From the NCBI GenBank assembly GCA_964016885.1, contig OZ024740.1:39432001-39496000 (forward strand): a stretch of 64,000 bases of DNA. Direction: 5' to 3'. Numbering within the stretch: position 1 is the stretch's first letter; each line of letters opens with the position of its first letter. The position numbers were made by a program, and so were the translations under genes. Positions 62,101 through 64,000 of the stretch are shown piece after piece. This DNA is from Eledone cirrhosa (Eukaryota). The notes beneath the pieces are model-generated. The model was not told where the DNA came from. It did no database searches and saw nothing but the letters and a program-made list of their open reading frames with translations.

Positions 62101-64000
62101 TATATTAAAGAGGTGCAATTAGTGTGGTATATTAAAGAGGTGTAGTTAGTGTGATATATTAAAGAGGTGTAATTAGTGTGGTACATTAACGAGGTGTAAT
62201 TAGTGTGGTATATTAAAGAGGTGCAATTAGTGTGGTATATTAAAAAGGTGCAATTAGTGTGGTATATTAAAGAGGTGTAATTGGTGTGGTAAATTTAAGA
62301 GGTGCAATTAGTGTGGTATATTAAAGAGGTGTAATTAGTGTGGTATATTAAAGAGGTGCAATTAGTGTGGTATATTAAAGAGGTGTAATTAGTGTGTTAC
62401 ATTAAAGAGGTGTAATTAGTGTGGTATATTAAAGAGGTGCAATTAGTCTGGTATATTAAAGAGGTGTAGTTATTGTGTTATATTAAAGAGGTGCAATTAG
62501 TGTGGTATATTAAAGTGGTGTAATTAGTGTGGTATATTAAAGAGGTGTATTTAGTGTGGTATATTAAAGAGTTGTAAATAGTGAGTTATATTAAGGAGGT
62601 GTAGTTAGTGTGGTTAATTAGAGATGTGTAGTTAGTCAGGTTTATTAAAGAATTGTAATTAGTGTGGTATATTAAAGCGGTGCAATTAGTCCGGTATATT
62701 AAAGAGGTGTAGTTATTGTGGTATATTAAAGAGGTGCAATTATTGTGGTATATTAAAGAGGTGCAATTAGTGTGGTATATTGAAGAGGTGTAATTAGTGT
62801 GGTACTTTAAAGAGGTGTAATTAGTGTGGTATATTAAAAGGTGTAATTAGTGTGGTATATTAAAGAGGTGTAGTTAGTGTGGTATATTAAAGAGGTGTAG
62901 TTAGTGTGGTATATTAGAGAGGTGCAATTAGTGTGGTACATTAAAGATGTCCAATTAGTGTGGTACATTAAAGAGGTGTAATTAGGGTGGTACATTAAAG
63001 AATTGTAGTTAGTGTGGTATATTAAAGAGGTGTAGTTAGTGTGGTATATTAAAGAGGTGTAATTAGTGTGGAATATTAAAGAGGTGTAGTTAGTGTGGTA
63101 TACTAGAAAGGTGCAATAAGTGTGGTATATTGAAGAGGTTCAATTAGTGTGGTATTTTAAAGAGGTGTAGTTAGTGTGGAACATTAAAGAGGTGTAATTA
63201 GTGTGGTATATTAAAGAGGTGCAATTAGTGCGGTTTATTAAAGAGGTGCAATTAGTGTGGTATATTAAGAAGGTGTAATTAGTGTGGTACTTTAAAGATG
63301 TGTAATTTGTGTGGTATATTAAAGAGGTGTAGTTAGTGTGGTATATTAAAGAGGTGCAATTAGTGTGGTATATTAAAGAGTTGTCGTTATTGTGGTATAT
63401 TAAAGACGTGCAATTAGTGTGGTATATTAAAGAGGTGTAATTAGTATTGTACATTAAAAGGTGCAATTAGTGTGGTATATTAAAAGGTGTAGTTAGTGGG
63501 GTATATTAAAGAGGTGTAGTTAGTGTGGTATATTAAAGAGGTGCAATTAGTGTGGTATATTAAAGAGGTGTAGTTAGTGTGGTATATTAAAGAGGTGTAA
63601 TTAGTGTGGTACATTAACGAGGTGTAATTAGTGTGGTATATTAAAATGGTGCAATTAGTGTGGTATATTAAAGAGGTATAATTACTTTCTTGTACATTAA
63701 AGAGGTCCAATTAGTGTGGTACATTAAAGAGGTGTAATTAGGCTGGTACATTAAAGAAGTGTAGTTAGTGTGGTATATTAAAGAGGTATAGTTAGTGTGG
63801 TATATTAAAGAGGTGTAATTAGTGTGGTATATTAAAGAGGTGTAGTTAGTGTGGTACATTAACGAGGTGCAATTAGTGTGGTATATTAAAAAGGTGCAAT
63901 TAGTGTGGTATATTAAAGAGGTGCAATTAGTGTGGTATATTAAAGAGGTGTAATTAGTGTGGTATATTAAAGAGGTGCAATTAGTGTGGTATATTAAAGA
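26131..64000 (+). repeat. 27-bp satellite array (TTAGTGTGGTATATTAAAGAGGTGTAA)n, about 38 kb (roughly 1400 units), running off the window
   Basis: Continuous tandem units with recurrent variants and higher-order periodicity. No foreign insertions seen. Confidence 0.99.

Noticed and set aside
26179-63859. Dozens of YHTNYTSLI-repeat ORFs (up to 487 aa)
   Set aside because: The 27-bp unit is 9 codons and stop-free in one frame. Frequent frameshifts and stops show no selection for coding.

Overview
This is eukaryotic, repeat-dominated DNA. The SINE families resemble ones I recall from Octopus, so a cephalopod origin is an inference. No intact long gene is visible, and almost all ORF-track ORFs are artefacts of 27- and 33-bp repeats. 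1-2.3 kb: an RTE-LINE fragment, then a (TA)n microsatellite split by four different short inserts, each with a hammerhead-ribozyme-like core (one is a 350-bp palindrome). 2.3-11.5 kb: SINEs, nested non-autonomous Helitrons and an odd 2.35-kb insert (SGNH-esterase remnant, 119-aa orphan ORF, 220-bp inverted repeats). 11.6-22.2 kb: a 31-bp satellite interrupted by a 5.5-kb inverted copy (13588-19087) of 21118-27348, with microhomology at both junctions. The duplicated segment holds a 5'-inverted RTE insertion whose last codons expanded into a 33-bp VNTR, a CRE-clade endonuclease remnant and two candidate membrane-protein exons. 26.1-64 kb: about 38 kb of a G-rich/C-poor 27-bp satellite with kb-scale higher-order repeats. 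All family assignments are by eye from motif recall; no searches were run.
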